Positions 63,569 through 64,000 of a stretch of 64,000 nt of DNA are shown one piece after another. Below the pieces are notes generated by a model that had not been told where the DNA came from, did no database searches, and saw nothing but the letters and a program-made list of their open reading frames with translations. Position 1 is the stretch's first letter. The number at the start of each line of letters is the position of its first letter. A program made the position numbers and the translations under genes. This DNA comes from Adineta vaga (taxonomy: Eukaryota > Animalia > Rotifera). The stretch is taken from assembly GCA_021613535.1 (NCBI GenBank), contig CP075492.1, forward strand, positions 3,472,001-3,536,000. Reading direction: 5' to 3'.

Positions 63569-64000
63569 TTATTTGATAAATAAAATATTTTTCATCAAAT
63601 CCCAAAATGCATTTCGAAATAATTTTCCTCCATATAAAGTAAATATATAAAATGTTATTCCACTTGATATATAATTTAAAAGAATGACAATATTAAAAAG
63701 AAGATTTTCAATTGATAGTTGAATTAATGATTTCTCATTATTGACTGTTAAAGTAGAATAAAGTCTTTGAATAGCAGCAGGTAAATTAAGTATACACAGT
63801 ATAAATACTTGAATAAGATGCATTCGAAGTAAACGTCGATCAATTTTTTTCTTTTGTTTTATATTATCATTCATTATATTAATAGTTTTCAATTCATTGG
63901 GTGTTTCTATTGTCATTATTGGTTGTACACGACGATGATGCATTTGACGAATAGTTTTTATAATTGCTAAACCAAATAAAATCATTGAAACTAATGGAAT
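63569..64000 (-). CDS. Rhodopsin-like GPCR, C-terminal part (runs off the window)
   Basis: MILFGLAII, DRRLLRMHLIQV...LNLP, FYIFTLYGGKLFRNA. Confidence 0.8.
   Translation of the reverse strand: MPLVSMILFGLAIIKTIRQMHHRRVQPIMTIETPNELKTINIMNDNIKQKKKIDRRLLRMHLIQVFILCILNLPAAIQRLYSTLTVNNEKSLIQLSIENLLFNIVILLNYISSGITFYIFTLYGGKLFRNAFWDLMKNILFIK

Overview
AT-rich eukaryotic DNA with short (~50-60 nt) GT-AG introns. The gene content points to a bdelloid rotifer (Adineta/Rotaria-like); this is an inference and no database search was run. The evidence is an ART-TPR protein, F-box/LRR genes with 84-nt exons, bdelloid-type GPCRs, a TMEM272-like gene and many microbial-type enzymes that contain introns. I can reconstruct about 28 genes or gene remnants, most of them multi-exon and therefore fragmented in the ORF track. 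Main themes: (1) putative horizontally acquired genes (alkyl sulfatase, DUF3712/LEA_2-like giant protein, Bacteroidetes-type vWA domain, SGNH lipase, MDR dehydrogenase, EEP phosphatase); (2) chimeric multidomain surface proteins that appear only after manual splicing (Cys-repeat-EGF-bacterial vWA; TM-NIDO-like-YfaP-like-Kelch); (3) defence-like genes (ART-TPR, LRR arrays, two AIG1/GIMAP-like GTPases, a tandem GPI-anchored Cys-rich pair with gene conversion and hypervariable patches); (4) widespread stops and frameshifts; (5) non-coding structure, namely an inverted pair of LTR-like 194-bp units with a nested hAT MITE next to a gene, and a dispersed family of short hairpin-like elements with telomere-repeat-like arms. 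I recognised no tRNA, rRNA or CRISPR array. All family assignments come from motif recognition by eye.
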